Below are positions 1 to 8,644 of a DNA stretch of 32,000 bases, one piece after another. Each line of letters opens with the position of its first letter. The first letter of the stretch is position 1. The position numbers and the translations under genes are program-made. A model generated the notes under the pieces. That model did no database searches and was not told where the DNA came from. It saw only the letters and a program-made list of their open reading frames with translations. Source of the stretch: Polaromonas sp. (GTDB taxonomy: Bacteria; Pseudomonadota; Gammaproteobacteria; Burkholderiales; Burkholderiaceae_C); the NCBI RefSeq assembly GCF_029945895.1, contig NZ_JAQSDL010000029.1, positions 28,260-60,259 of the forward strand. Reading direction: 5' to 3'.

Positions 1-1
1 G

Positions 2-544
2 CAGATGCACGCCGGCGACGACCGGCTCACGCCGATTCCGGCCCTGCTACTGCACTCAGGCGGCGCAACGCACGAGGTCCGGTTTGGCGCCGTCTCGCCC
101 GAGCCCGAAGTGACGGTGCAAATCGGCGCCGAGCGGGTTCGCCTGGCGCTGACCGCCATGGCCGGGGGCGATTGGCGTTTGCGCATGGGGGATCGCCATG
201 AGGTGCTGACCATCGTGCGCAGCGACGATACCGTGTTTGTGCAGGGCGGCGGCACCGCCCACGCCATTGGCGTGACCTCCTACCTCAGCCAGGCCGTCAC
301 CGGCCGGCAGGCCAGCGGCCAGTTGCGCACGCCGATGATGGGGATGATCCTGAAAACCCATGTGGCAGTTGGCGAGCGGGTGCGCGCCGGCGATGTGGTG
401 GCGACGATGGAGTCGATGAAGATGGAGCTGCGCATCAATGCCGACCACGATGGGGTGGTGCGCTCGCTGTCGGTGCAGGCCGGACAGATGGTCGAGCGCG
501 GCCTGGTGGTGGCGGTGATCGAATCCGAAGACGCGGTGGAATGA
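2..544 (+). CDS. Biotin-dependent acyl-CoA carboxylase alpha subunit, C-terminal part (5' end lies outside the window)
   Basis: Frame open to window edge. C-terminal biotinyl domain with biotinylation motif ATMESMKMEL. Looks like methylcrotonyl-/geranyl-CoA carboxylase alpha C-termini. Stop TGA 542-544 overlaps ATG 541 (ATGA). Confidence 0.8.
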   Translation, partial: QMHAGDDRLTPIPALLLHSGGATHEVRFGAVSPEPEVTVQIGAERVRLALTAMAGGDWRLRMGDRHEVLTIVRSDDTVFVQGGGTAHAIGVTSYLSQAVTGRQASGQLRTPMMGMILKTHVAVGERVRAGDVVATMESMKMELRINADHDGVVRSLSVQAGQMVERGLVVAVIESEDAVE

Positions 545-768
545 GCGGGTCACCAGATTTCCTGCCAGGAGATAACGACGTGAGCGAGACAGCAACTGTT
601 CCGTGCGAAGTGCGGGATGGCATTGCCACCGTGAAGATCAACCGGCCCGAGATGCCCAGCGCGCTGCTGTCAATGGATGCGGCGCTTATGGTTGCTATTA
701 ATTTGATAGTAGCTTGCGCCCGTAAATCTGGAGTTAAAGGCCGTTTTGATGCAAAAAACCAGTTTTGA
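541..768 (+). pseudogene. Truncated 5' fragment of an enoyl-CoA hydratase, paralogous to the intact gene at 1735-2562
   Basis: First ~40 codons (MSGSPDFLPGDNDVSETATVPCEVRDGIATVKINRPEM) parallel MSRASNFLTGDQDMSEAETVLYEVRDGIATVKINRPEM of the 1735 gene. The 49-nt core 607-655 differs from 1801-1849 at only 2 positions. Homology is lost near 670, where the sequence turns AT-rich and the frame runs into a stop at 768. Confidence 0.6.
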
Positions 769-1681
769 CCGGAAACTTCCGACAGGCGTTCAAGTTTTTG
801 AACGCGGCTGGCTGTCCTCAAATAACATTCTGTTCCTCGGATCGCAGGCCAGCGCACTCGTTGACAGTGGCTACAGCACGCATGCGGAACAAACCACCGA
901 GTTGGTCGGCGCCGCTTTGCAGCGGCGGCCGCTGGATTTACTGCTCAATACGCATTTGCACAGCGACCACTGCGGAGGCAATGCCGCCCTCCAGCGCAGT
1001 TATCCAGAACTTCAAACCCTCATTCCTCCCGGCCATGCATCACTTGTCTCGTCGTGGGACCCCGTCGCCCTGAACTATGTGCCATCCGGGCAACACTGCC
1101 TCCGGTTCAAGTTCGATGGCCTTCTTTTACCGGGCACGGAAATTCAGCTGGCAGATACGGCGTGGCAAATCCATGCGGCACCAGGCCATGATCCCCATTC
1201 AGTCATTCTGTTTGAGCCTCGGTCCCAAACCTTGATTTCGGCAGATGCCTTGTGGGAAAAAGGCTTCGGCGTGGTGTTTCCGGAGCTCGATGGTGAAACC
1301 GCGTTCGACGACGTGGCCGCTACGTTCGACTTGATTGAGCGGCTTGATCCGCGCTGGGTCATTCCCGGCCACGGCTCGGTATTTGGCTACCGTGCCGAAG
1401 TTCTGGCTAACGCGCGTGAGCGCCTGAACGCCTTTGTCAAAAGTCCTGACCGACATGCGCATCATGCCGTCAAGGTTTTGCTGAAATTCAAACTGCTTGA
1501 TCAGCAGCAAATGCCTTTTGCAGATTTTGTCAGATGGGCCGCCAACACCAGCTACTTTCAGCTCATTCACCAGAGGTTTGTTCCTTCGGTTCCCATCGAC
1601 CACTGGATGGAACAGTTGACGCAAGAGCTTGTGCGTTCAGCAGTCGCACGAAGAGAAGGTGACATGGTCTACAACGCGTGA
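749..1681 (+). CDS. MBL-fold metallo-hydrolase
   Basis: HxHxDH zinc motif (NTHLHSDHCGG) plus downstream PGHD and PGHG histidines. ATG 749 directly follows the TTG at 746. Confidence 0.85.
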   Translation: MQKTSFDRKLPTGVQVFERGWLSSNNILFLGSQASALVDSGYSTHAEQTTELVGAALQRRPLDLLLNTHLHSDHCGGNAALQRSYPELQTLIPPGHASLVSSWDPVALNYVPSGQHCLRFKFDGLLLPGTEIQLADTAWQIHAAPGHDPHSVILFEPRSQTLISADALWEKGFGVVFPELDGETAFDDVAATFDLIERLDPRWVIPGHGSVFGYRAEVLANARERLNAFVKSPDRHAHHAVKVLLKFKLLDQQQMPFADFVRWAANTSYFQLIHQRFVPSVPIDHWMEQLTQELVRSAVARREGDMVYNA

Positions 1682-1734
1682 AATCGGTCACGGCGTGAAC
1701 CATGCGACGAAGGCGCTGACGAATCAGCGGCCGT

Positions 1735-2562
1735 ATGAGCAGAGCAAGCAATTTTTTAACAGGAGATCAGGATATGAGTGAAGCAGAAACGGTTCTGTAC
1801 GAAGTGCGCGATGGCATTGCCACCGTGAAGATCAACCGTCCCGAGATGCGCAATGCGTTGTCACCGGCCGCCGCCAACCGGCTGCATGACCTGTGGGGCG
1901 AGGTCGATGCCGATAAAAACGTGCGCGTGGCCATCCTGACCTCGGCCGACTGCGGCACCTTCTGCGCCGGGCTCGACCTGCGCGAGGCCGCGCGTGTCAA
2001 GAAGGAAGAGGGCGTGGACATCCTGACCAAGATGAAGGACCCATTTCACGGCCGCCAGCGCCGCGTGGCCAAACCCATCATCGCCGCCATGACCGGCCAC
2101 CTGATCGCCGGCGGCATGATGCTGAGTCTGAACTCGGATTTGCGCGTGGGCCTGAAGGGCACGCAAGTCGGCATTACCGAGACGCGCATCGCCGGGCGTG
2201 GCAGCCCCTGGGCCATTCCCCTGCTGTGGATGCTGCCGCAGCCGATGCTGATGGAGATGGTGCTGACCGGCGACCTGTATCCGATCGAGACCTTCCATGG
2301 GCTGGGTTTCATCAACTACCTCGAAGACACGCCCGACGCCGTGCGCGTCCGCGCCACCGCGCTGGCCGAACGCATCCGCGACAACGCGCCGCTGTCGGTG
2401 ATGGCGGGCAAGGAATCGATCATGACGGCGATGAGCGCTGGCTGCGAGGCCGGCATGGCGCTGGCGCACAACATTTACCGCGCCGCCTACGCCAGCGAGG
2501 ACGCGCAGGAGGGTCCGCGTGCCTTCGCCGAGAAGCGCAAACCGGTGTGGAAGGGGTGCTGA
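1735..2562 (+). CDS. Enoyl-CoA hydratase/isomerase (crotonase family)
   Basis: Crotonase signature: DGIATVKINRPEMRNAL, AILTSADCGTFCAGLDL, EGPRAFAEKRKP. Alternative start ATG 1774 sits behind AGGAGA. The upstream ATG 1735 is supported by protein-level conservation with the 541 fragment. Confidence 0.88.
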   Translation: MSRASNFLTGDQDMSEAETVLYEVRDGIATVKINRPEMRNALSPAAANRLHDLWGEVDADKNVRVAILTSADCGTFCAGLDLREAARVKKEEGVDILTKMKDPFHGRQRRVAKPIIAAMTGHLIAGGMMLSLNSDLRVGLKGTQVGITETRIAGRGSPWAIPLLWMLPQPMLMEMVLTGDLYPIETFHGLGFINYLEDTPDAVRVRATALAERIRDNAPLSVMAGKESIMTAMSAGCEAGMALAHNIYRAAYASEDAQEGPRAFAEKRKPVWKGC

Positions 2563-2582
2563 AATCGCATCGGGGAGGTACC

Positions 2583-3233
2583 ATGTCCAGCCTGGCCCCT
2601 CTGCTTGAGAACAACCGTGCCTGGTCGGCGCGCTGCGCTGCGGAAGACCCGAAGTACTTCGAGCGGCTGGCGCACCAGCAGATGCCGCGCTACCTGTGGA
2701 TCGGCTGCTCCGACAGCCGGGTGCCGGCCAACGAAATCTTGGGCCTGCGGCCTGGCGAGGTGTTCGTGCACCGCAACGTCGGTAACCTGGTGGTGCACTC
2801 CGACCTGAACTGCCTGACGGTGCTGCAGTATGCGGTCGAGGTGTTGAAGGTCGAGCATGTTCTCGTGGTGGGGCATTACGGCTGCGGCGGGGTGCAGGCG
2901 GTGATAGAACAGCGCCGCACCGGTCTGGCCGACAACTGGTTGCGCCATCTGGAGGATGTGGCGCGCAAACACGCTGATCGGCTCGACGGCCTTTCCGGCA
3001 TTGACGAGCGCGCCGCGCGGCTTTGCGAGATGAATGTGATCGAGCAGGTCAGCAACGTGTGCCGCACCACCACCCTGCGCCGTGCCTGGGAGCGCGGGCA
3101 GCAAGTTGAGGTGCACGGGTTGGTCTACGGCCTGCGCGACGGCTTGCTGCGGCCGGTCGGGGGCAGCGTCAAAGGCGTGCAGGACCGGCAGGAGCAATAC
3201 GCTCAATCGCTTGCCGCCCTTGGCACACTCTGA
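2583..3233 (+). CDS. can: Beta-class carbonic anhydrase (Can type)
   Basis: Collinear with E. coli Can as I recall it: NNRAWS, FLWIGCSDSRVP-type CSDSR motif, VVGHYGCGGV, NVIEQV. GGGGAGG RBS precedes ATG 2583. The longer 2226 ORF overlaps the crotonase gene and is rejected. Confidence 0.9.
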   Translation: MSSLAPLLENNRAWSARCAAEDPKYFERLAHQQMPRYLWIGCSDSRVPANEILGLRPGEVFVHRNVGNLVVHSDLNCLTVLQYAVEVLKVEHVLVVGHYGCGGVQAVIEQRRTGLADNWLRHLEDVARKHADRLDGLSGIDERAARLCEMNVIEQVSNVCRTTTLRRAWERGQQVEVHGLVYGLRDGLLRPVGGSVKGVQDRQEQYAQSLAALGTL

Positions 3234-3426
3234 GTGATACGAAGAACACAAGAAAGGCTATTCCACATGTCAGCCGACACGACAGCCCGCCCGGTTGCCA
3301 GCATCGCTGCCCAACTGGCCGCCTTCGCGCACGGCCTGGAACCTGGCATGGTCAAGCTGTTCGCCAGCCAACTGGTAGAGCGCAGCCCGATCTGATCGGC
3401 GAACCCATTCTACGGAGGAAAATTTC

Positions 3427-4596
3427 TTGAACAACCTGCTGTCCGCTTTTCGGCTCGCAACCCTTCCCGCCGAGACGAATTCATTTCGCGCCGAGGTAAA
3501 GGCCTTTCTCAAATCCAGCCTTGAGCCAATGCCCGCCGACATCCGGGCCCGTTCATGGATGGGCTTCAATGCCGCCTTCAGCAAGAAGCTGGCCGCACGG
3601 GGCTGGGTCGGCGTGACCTTGCCCGCGCGCTACGGCGGTGCCAGCCTGGACGCCTTCTCGCGCTTCGTGCTGGTGGAAGAACTGCTGGCCGCCGGCGCCC
3701 CGGTTTCCGCGCACTGGATTGCCGACCGCCAGAGCGGGCCCTTGATCCTCAAGTTCGGCACGGAGGCGCAACGCCAGTTCTACCTGCCGAAAATCTGCGC
3801 CGCCGAGGCGTTTTTCTGCATCGGCATGAGTGAGCCCAATGCCGGCTCGGATCTGGCCAGCGTCGGTACGCGAGCCACGCGCTGCCAAATTGACAGCTCA
3901 AGCGGCTGGCGTTTGAACGGCCGCAAGATATGGACCACCAATGCGCACCACTGCCATTACATGATCGCCCTGGTGCGCTCGTCGGGCGAGCCGCAGGACC
4001 GGCAAAAGGGCTTGTCGCAGTTCATTGTCGATCTGGCATTGCCCGGCGTGACGGTGCGCCCGATCCGTGACCTGGCGGGTGATGCGCATTTTTCCGAAGT
4101 GTTCTTCGACAACGTGCTGCTGGCTGACGATGCCCTGGTCGGCGATGAGGGCAATGGCTGGGCCCAGGTCAATGCCGAGCTGGCCTTCGAGCGCAGCGGC
4201 CCGGAGCGGGTGTACTCCAGCATCGTGCTGCTTGAGCACTGGATCACCTGCCTGCGCCGCAGTCCGGATGCGTCTGCCCACGCCGCCACCATCGGTCGAT
4301 TCGCCACGCACCTGGCCACGCTGCGCAACATGTCGATCGCCGTCACGGCCAAGCTTGTCAACGGGGAAAGTCCGTTGGTCGAAGCCGCCCTGGTCAAGGA
4401 CATTGGCACCGAATTCGAGCAGAGCATTCCCGCTGTGATCGAAGCCGCCATCGCTATGGATCCGGACGCCCCGGTCGATGCCGAGCTGTACCGCGCCGTG
4501 GCTTATGTGAGCCAGGTGGCGCCCACTTATTCCCTGCGCGGCGGCACGCGCGAGATACTGCGCGGCATGATCGCGCGCGGTCTGGGCCTGCGCTGA
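3427..4596 (+). CDS. Acyl-CoA dehydrogenase (putative catalytic subunit of a tandem pair)
   Basis: ACAD fold motifs: FCIGMSEPNAGSD, KIWTTNA, C-terminal GGTREILRGMIAR. TTG start behind GGAGG. Confidence 0.85.
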   Translation: MNNLLSAFRLATLPAETNSFRAEVKAFLKSSLEPMPADIRARSWMGFNAAFSKKLAARGWVGVTLPARYGGASLDAFSRFVLVEELLAAGAPVSAHWIADRQSGPLILKFGTEAQRQFYLPKICAAEAFFCIGMSEPNAGSDLASVGTRATRCQIDSSSGWRLNGRKIWTTNAHHCHYMIALVRSSGEPQDRQKGLSQFIVDLALPGVTVRPIRDLAGDAHFSEVFFDNVLLADDALVGDEGNGWAQVNAELAFERSGPERVYSSIVLLEHWITCLRRSPDASAHAATIGRFATHLATLRNMSIAVTAKLVNGESPLVEAALVKDIGTEFEQSIPAVIEAAIAMDPDAPVDAELYRAVAYVSQVAPTYSLRGGTREILRGMIARGLGLR

Positions 4597-4622
4597 ATCC
4601 AGGTTGAAAACGAAAGCATTCC

Positions 4623-5603
4623 ATGTTTGCTCAGGCGATTGAAGACATTCTCCAGGACCAATGCACGCCCGCCGTAGTGCGCGCGATTGAAGCGGGCGGC
4701 TCGCCGCTCAAGCTGTGGCAGGCGCTGCAAGGCGCCGGCTTCCTCGAACTGATCGCCCCCGAGGCCGCAGGCGGCGCCGGCCTTGCGCTGGCTGAGCTGT
4801 TCCCGATCCTGAGCAGCTTCGGCCGCTACACGGTGCCGGTGCCCGTGGCCCAGACGATAGTGGCGCGTGCGCTGCTTGGGCCTTCGTGTGCGATGCCCGC
4901 TGGCATGATCACGCTGGCCGCTGCGTTGCGGCGCGAGGCCGGTGGCGCCATCGTTTGCCCATTCACACCTTGCGGTCAGGTGGCCGATTTGGTGCTGGCC
5001 CAGGATGGCGATGCCTTGCTGCTGCTGCCCGCGGCTGCGGCGCAGCGCGAGGCAAGCGGCGTGCATGGGAGCCTTGCGGCCACCCTGCGCTGGCCCGACG
5101 ATGAAAGCGCCGTGACGCACGTGCCCGGCGCGGGCCCGTTGCTGCCGGTGTTCGCGGCGGCCTTGCACGCCGCCCTGCTCAGCGGGGCAATGACCCGTGT
5201 CTTCGAAATGACACTGCAATACTGTAATGACCGTATCCAGTTTGGCAAAACGCTGGGCAAGTTCCAGGCGGTGCAGCACCAGTTGAGCGTCATGGCTGAA
5301 CACGTCGCCGCGGCCTCAATGGCCGCCGAAGCGGCCTTTTACACCGACGCTGCGGCGCCGTCCCTGCTCGCCGCCGCGATGGCCAAGTCCCGCACCAGCG
5401 AGGCGGCGGTGCTGGTTGCCTCCATCGCCCATGCACTGCACGGCGCGATCGGTGTTGCCGAAGAATATGATCTGCAATTGCTGACCCGGCGCCTGCACGA
5501 GTGGCGCATCGCCCACGGCTCGGAAGCGCACTGGAACGTATTGATCGGCAACAGCGTGTTGGCTGCCGACGTGTCCATCGTTGATTTTGTGCGGTCTGTA
5601 TAG
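4623..5603 (+). CDS. Acyl-CoA dehydrogenase family protein, short form (putative non-catalytic partner)
   Basis: ACAD middle/C-terminal motifs (RIQFGKTLGKFQAVQHQLSVMA). About 60 aa shorter than its neighbour. Starts 26 nt after the upstream ACAD stop. Confidence 0.8.
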   Translation: MFAQAIEDILQDQCTPAVVRAIEAGGSPLKLWQALQGAGFLELIAPEAAGGAGLALAELFPILSSFGRYTVPVPVAQTIVARALLGPSCAMPAGMITLAAALRREAGGAIVCPFTPCGQVADLVLAQDGDALLLLPAAAAQREASGVHGSLAATLRWPDDESAVTHVPGAGPLLPVFAAALHAALLSGAMTRVFEMTLQYCNDRIQFGKTLGKFQAVQHQLSVMAEHVAAASMAAEAAFYTDAAAPSLLAAAMAKSRTSEAAVLVASIAHALHGAIGVAEEYDLQLLTRRLHEWRIAHGSEAHWNVLIGNSVLAADVSIVDFVRSV

Positions 5604-5681
5604 GCGCAGTTTTTGTGCGCACGATCAGCGGTGAAGTGATCGACGTCCGGGGCTCACAACAGTCCCCGTTCATTGATCCGG

Positions 5682-6581
5682 CTATTGCGCCACAGACTTG
5701 CCACCACCAAGCGCTTCACTGAAGAAGTCGATGAAGGTCCTTAGCTTGGGTGTCATGTACTGCCGATTCGTGTAAACCGCATACAGCGTGAAAGGGGGCA
5801 CCGTGTAGGTCGGCAGCACGCGCGCGAGGCGGCCCGCGGCCAGATCGTCGTCGACCGTCCATTCGGGGAGGAACGCCATGCCCATGCCGGCGTGCACCGC
5901 GTGATAGGTGAGCGTGCTGTCGTCCGAGCGCATCACAGCATGCAGCTTGATCCGCGCCTTGCCGGCAGGCCCTTGCATTTCGAGGCCATCGACGTTCACG
6001 TAGTTGGGTACCACGGCGCTGTACCTGGCCAGATCGGCGGGTCTGCGCGGAGAGCCTTCACGCTTCAGGTAGGCCGGGCTTGCGACCAGGTGGAACTGCA
6101 CGGGACAAATCGGCCGTGCAATCAGCGCCGGCGACAGTTCGCGCGTGGCACGCAGTGCGAGGTCGTAGCCATCGGCCACCAGGTCGATCTTGCGGTTCTC
6201 CAGTCGCATGTCGACCAGCACCTCGGGATATGTGTTGCGGTAGGCCACCAGTACGTCGGCGAAACGCCGGTTTGCACACCAGACGGGGGCGCTGATCTTG
6301 AGCTGTCCGCGTGGTGCCTGCGCGCTTTGCCGAAGCGCCGCTTCGGCGGCCTGCAGCGTGTCGAGCGCCTCGCAGCATTGTGCGTAGTACACCGCGCCGG
6401 CCTCCGTCAGGCTGAGCTTGCGGCTGGTCCGGTGCAGCAGCCTCGCACCGAGGTCTCGTTCGAGCTGGGCGACATGCTTGCTCGCCATCGGTGCAGACAA
6501 GGTGAGGCGCGCTGCGGCTCGCGCAAAGCTGCCGGCTTCCACGACCTCCCTGAAGACGCGAAGGCTGGTCAGACGATCCAT
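5682..6581 (-). CDS. LysR-family transcriptional regulator
   Basis: N-terminal wHTH (MDRLTSLRVFREVVEAGSFARAAARLTLSAPMASKHVAQLE) plus LysR substrate-binding domain. About 300 aa. Confidence 0.9.
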   Translation of the reverse strand: MDRLTSLRVFREVVEAGSFARAAARLTLSAPMASKHVAQLERDLGARLLHRTSRKLSLTEAGAVYYAQCCEALDTLQAAEAALRQSAQAPRGQLKISAPVWCANRRFADVLVAYRNTYPEVLVDMRLENRKIDLVADGYDLALRATRELSPALIARPICPVQFHLVASPAYLKREGSPRRPADLARYSAVVPNYVNVDGLEMQGPAGKARIKLHAVMRSDDSTLTYHAVHAGMGMAFLPEWTVDDDLAAGRLARVLPTYTVPPFTLYAVYTNRQYMTPKLRTFIDFFSEALGGGKSVAQ

Positions 6582-6609
6582 TTATGGTTTCTTGTGAGGA
6601 AATGATGTG

Positions 6610-6632
6610 TTAATTTTACAGCTATTGATTAA
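6610..6632. promoter_or_regulatory. Interrupted palindrome TTAAT-N13-ATTAA in the LysR/CDGSH divergent intergenic region (candidate LysR box)
   Basis: Read directly from the sequence. Lies 29 bp upstream of the LysR start in an AT-rich spacer. No experimental support. Confidence 0.25.
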
Positions 6633-6770
6633 CCGAAATGAAACATTAAGCTATTCCTCATGGTCAGTCCAGTAGACATCCAGTCTCAAAGAGGCAGCCC
6701 ATAAACCGCGCTTTCGTTGATACCTTCAACCAATGCAGTACCACTTCTTAATCATCCTCAGGAGAGCAAC

Positions 6771-7010
6771 ATGAGCAAGCCGCATACCGCCGCCAGCACC
6801 CCGTTCGCAATTGATGTGGAAAAAGACAAGGATTACTACTGGTGTGCCTGCGGCCTCAGCAAGTCGCAGCCGTTCTGCGACGGCAGCCACAAGGGTGGCG
6901 AGTTCGTGCCGACCAAGTACAGCGCCGACGAAAGCAAGACCGTGTATTTTTGCGGCTGCAAGCAGAGCAAGAACGGCGCGCTTTGCGACGGCACGCATAA
7001 AGGACTGTAA
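6771..7010 (+). CDS. CDGSH iron-sulfur domain protein (two CDGSH-type motifs)
   Basis: CACGLSKSQPFCDGSHK and CGCKQSKNGALCDGTHK. GGAGAG RBS precedes ATG 6771. Confidence 0.85.
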   Translation: MSKPHTAASTPFAIDVEKDKDYYWCACGLSKSQPFCDGSHKGGEFVPTKYSADESKTVYFCGCKQSKNGALCDGTHKGL

Positions 7011-7190
7011 GGCAATGCTGAACAAGTTCTCAGCGCGTTCTGCATCCCCGCAACGGGCGGTCTGCGGCGTTGCAAATCCGCGCCATAGCTTGGGCTATGG
7101 CTGTGGTTTGCGCCTTGCATCCCATCCCGATGCGGGGCGCAGCCCATCGCCAGGACTTATTCAGCATCGCCGTAAAAGCGGGGCGTACCC

Positions 7191-8012
7191 GTGAAAACGG
7201 AACGATTGCCGACCTACTTTATCTCGCACGGCGGCGGGCCCTGGCCGTACATGATGGCGCAGTCCAAGGGCATGTATGACCGTCTGGAGCAGTCCCTGCG
7301 GGATATGCCGCGCCAGCTCGGCGATCGACCGAAGGCCGTGCTCGTGATCTCCGCACATTGGGAGGAGCGCGAGTTCACCGTGATGGCCGCCGCGCGGCCG
7401 CCCATGGTCTACGACTACTTTGGCTTCCCCGAACACACCTACCATGTCCAGTACCCGGCGCCGGGCCTGCCCACACTGGCCGGGCAGGTGCAGCAGCTGA
7501 TCCAGGACGCGGGGTTCGCGGCGCGGCTCGATGCCCGGCGGGGTTTTGACCATGGCACCTTCGCGCCGCTGGTGGTGATGTACCCGCAGGCCGATGTGCC
7601 GGTCGTGCAACTGTCACTGCGCGCGGGCTACGACCCGGCGGCTCATCTGGCCGTCGGCCGTGCCCTGGCGCCGCTGCGCGAGCTGGGCGTGCTGATCGTC
7701 GGCAGCGGCCTGAGCTACCACAACCTGCGCCGCATGGGGCCGTCCGCTGCGGTGCCGTCAAAGCAATTCGACGACTGGCTGCAGCAGACCTTGATCACCA
7801 CCGATTCGCACCAGCGTGCGCAGCGGCTGATCGACTGGCAAGACGCGCCGGTCGCCCGCGTGGCCCATCCGCAAGAAGACCATCTGCTGCCCTTGATGGT
7901 GGCGGTGGGTGCCGCCGGGCATGATGAAGCCGTGTGCGCGTACCACGAGGAAGGCTTCTTTGGCGGCGTGACCGTCTCCAGCTTCAGGTTCGGCCAAGAA
8001 GGCGTGGTCTAA
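7191..8012 (+). CDS. Class III extradiol dioxygenase (LigB family, YgiD / 4,5-DOPA dioxygenase-like)
   Basis: N-terminus LPTYFISHGGGPWPYM, VLVISAHWE, HPQEDHLLPLMVA, all typical of the YgiD group. GTG start. Confidence 0.8.
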   Translation: MKTERLPTYFISHGGGPWPYMMAQSKGMYDRLEQSLRDMPRQLGDRPKAVLVISAHWEEREFTVMAAARPPMVYDYFGFPEHTYHVQYPAPGLPTLAGQVQQLIQDAGFAARLDARRGFDHGTFAPLVVMYPQADVPVVQLSLRAGYDPAAHLAVGRALAPLRELGVLIVGSGLSYHNLRRMGPSAAVPSKQFDDWLQQTLITTDSHQRAQRLIDWQDAPVARVAHPQEDHLLPLMVAVGAAGHDEAVCAYHEEGFFGGVTVSSFRFGQEGVV

Positions 8013-8122
8013 GTGTCGGTGGCTTGCTGGGCCGGTAGGCGCCTGTCGCCGGGGGGTGTTTCCTGTAACCCACGCGGCAGGTGTGCAGCGACAAACGATG
8101 AAGCGCGAAGACGGAGAACCGC

Positions 8123-8590
8123 ATGACAAGTTATCTCAGCCATCAGCGCCGTGGCGCTCGCCCACAAACGACGCCAACCAACCCGCACACGCAGCTTGAC
8201 CAGAATGCGCCGGTGGAACTGCAAGAGCTTGTTTTCGCGAAAGGGCAGTCCCTGGGCGGCGTGGAAATTGGCCCGAGCCAAGTGTCTGTTCCCGGAGCGC
8301 GCGCCTTTTATTTGCCGCGATGCGGATGCCAGTCCTTCGGGGCCTTCATGTTCGGCAAGGAGTTTGCCCACATCCACCCGCCCAGTGACGGCAGCCTGCA
8401 CATGACCTTGCCCCCCGACATGGTTCCCCAGGCCATCGAAAACGGCTGGGCGGAGTTGCATCCGCTGGCGGGTCAATACGGCCTGCCCGGAAACATCGTG
8501 ATGGTCTATGGGCCGCGTGACGACGAGGAGCTGCAGGTGGTTTGCGATTTGCTGACGGCGTCGCATGCTGCGGCGGCGTCAACGGCGTGA
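8123..8590 (+). CDS. Hypothetical protein (possibly luciferase-domain/DUF5519-like)
   Basis: GGAGA RBS and coding-like composition. The EFAHIHPPSDGSLHMTLPPD segment recalls that family from memory only. Confidence 0.55.
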   Translation: MTSYLSHQRRGARPQTTPTNPHTQLDQNAPVELQELVFAKGQSLGGVEIGPSQVSVPGARAFYLPRCGCQSFGAFMFGKEFAHIHPPSDGSLHMTLPPDMVPQAIENGWAELHPLAGQYGLPGNIVMVYGPRDDEELQVVCDLLTASHAAAASTA

Positions 8591-8607
8591 AAAATCCGGT
8601 GACCGAT

Positions 8608-8625
8608 CCTGCCCGTCAGGGCAGG
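8608..8625. terminator. Hairpin CCTGCCC-GTCA-GGGCAGG between convergent genes
   Basis: Perfect 7-bp stem with 4-nt loop between stops at 8590 (+) and 8645 (-). No clear U-tract. Confidence 0.35.
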
Positions 8626-8644
8626 GGGTGGCGCACAACCAGCC

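Noticed and set aside
2226-2582. N-terminal extension of the carbonic anhydrase ORF (335-aa version)
   Set aside because: The extension overlaps the crotonase coding region in another frame and is R/G/A-rich. Homology to Can begins at MSSLAPLLENN, and a strong RBS precedes ATG 2583.
3267-3395. 42-aa ORF MSADTTARPVASIAAQLAAFAHGLEP..., vaguely like an MmgE/PrpD-family N-terminus; also the 104-aa minus ORF 3270-3584
   Set aside because: It is too short and the resemblance too weak to call a gene or a remnant. The minus ORF overlaps the ACAD start and has no supporting features.
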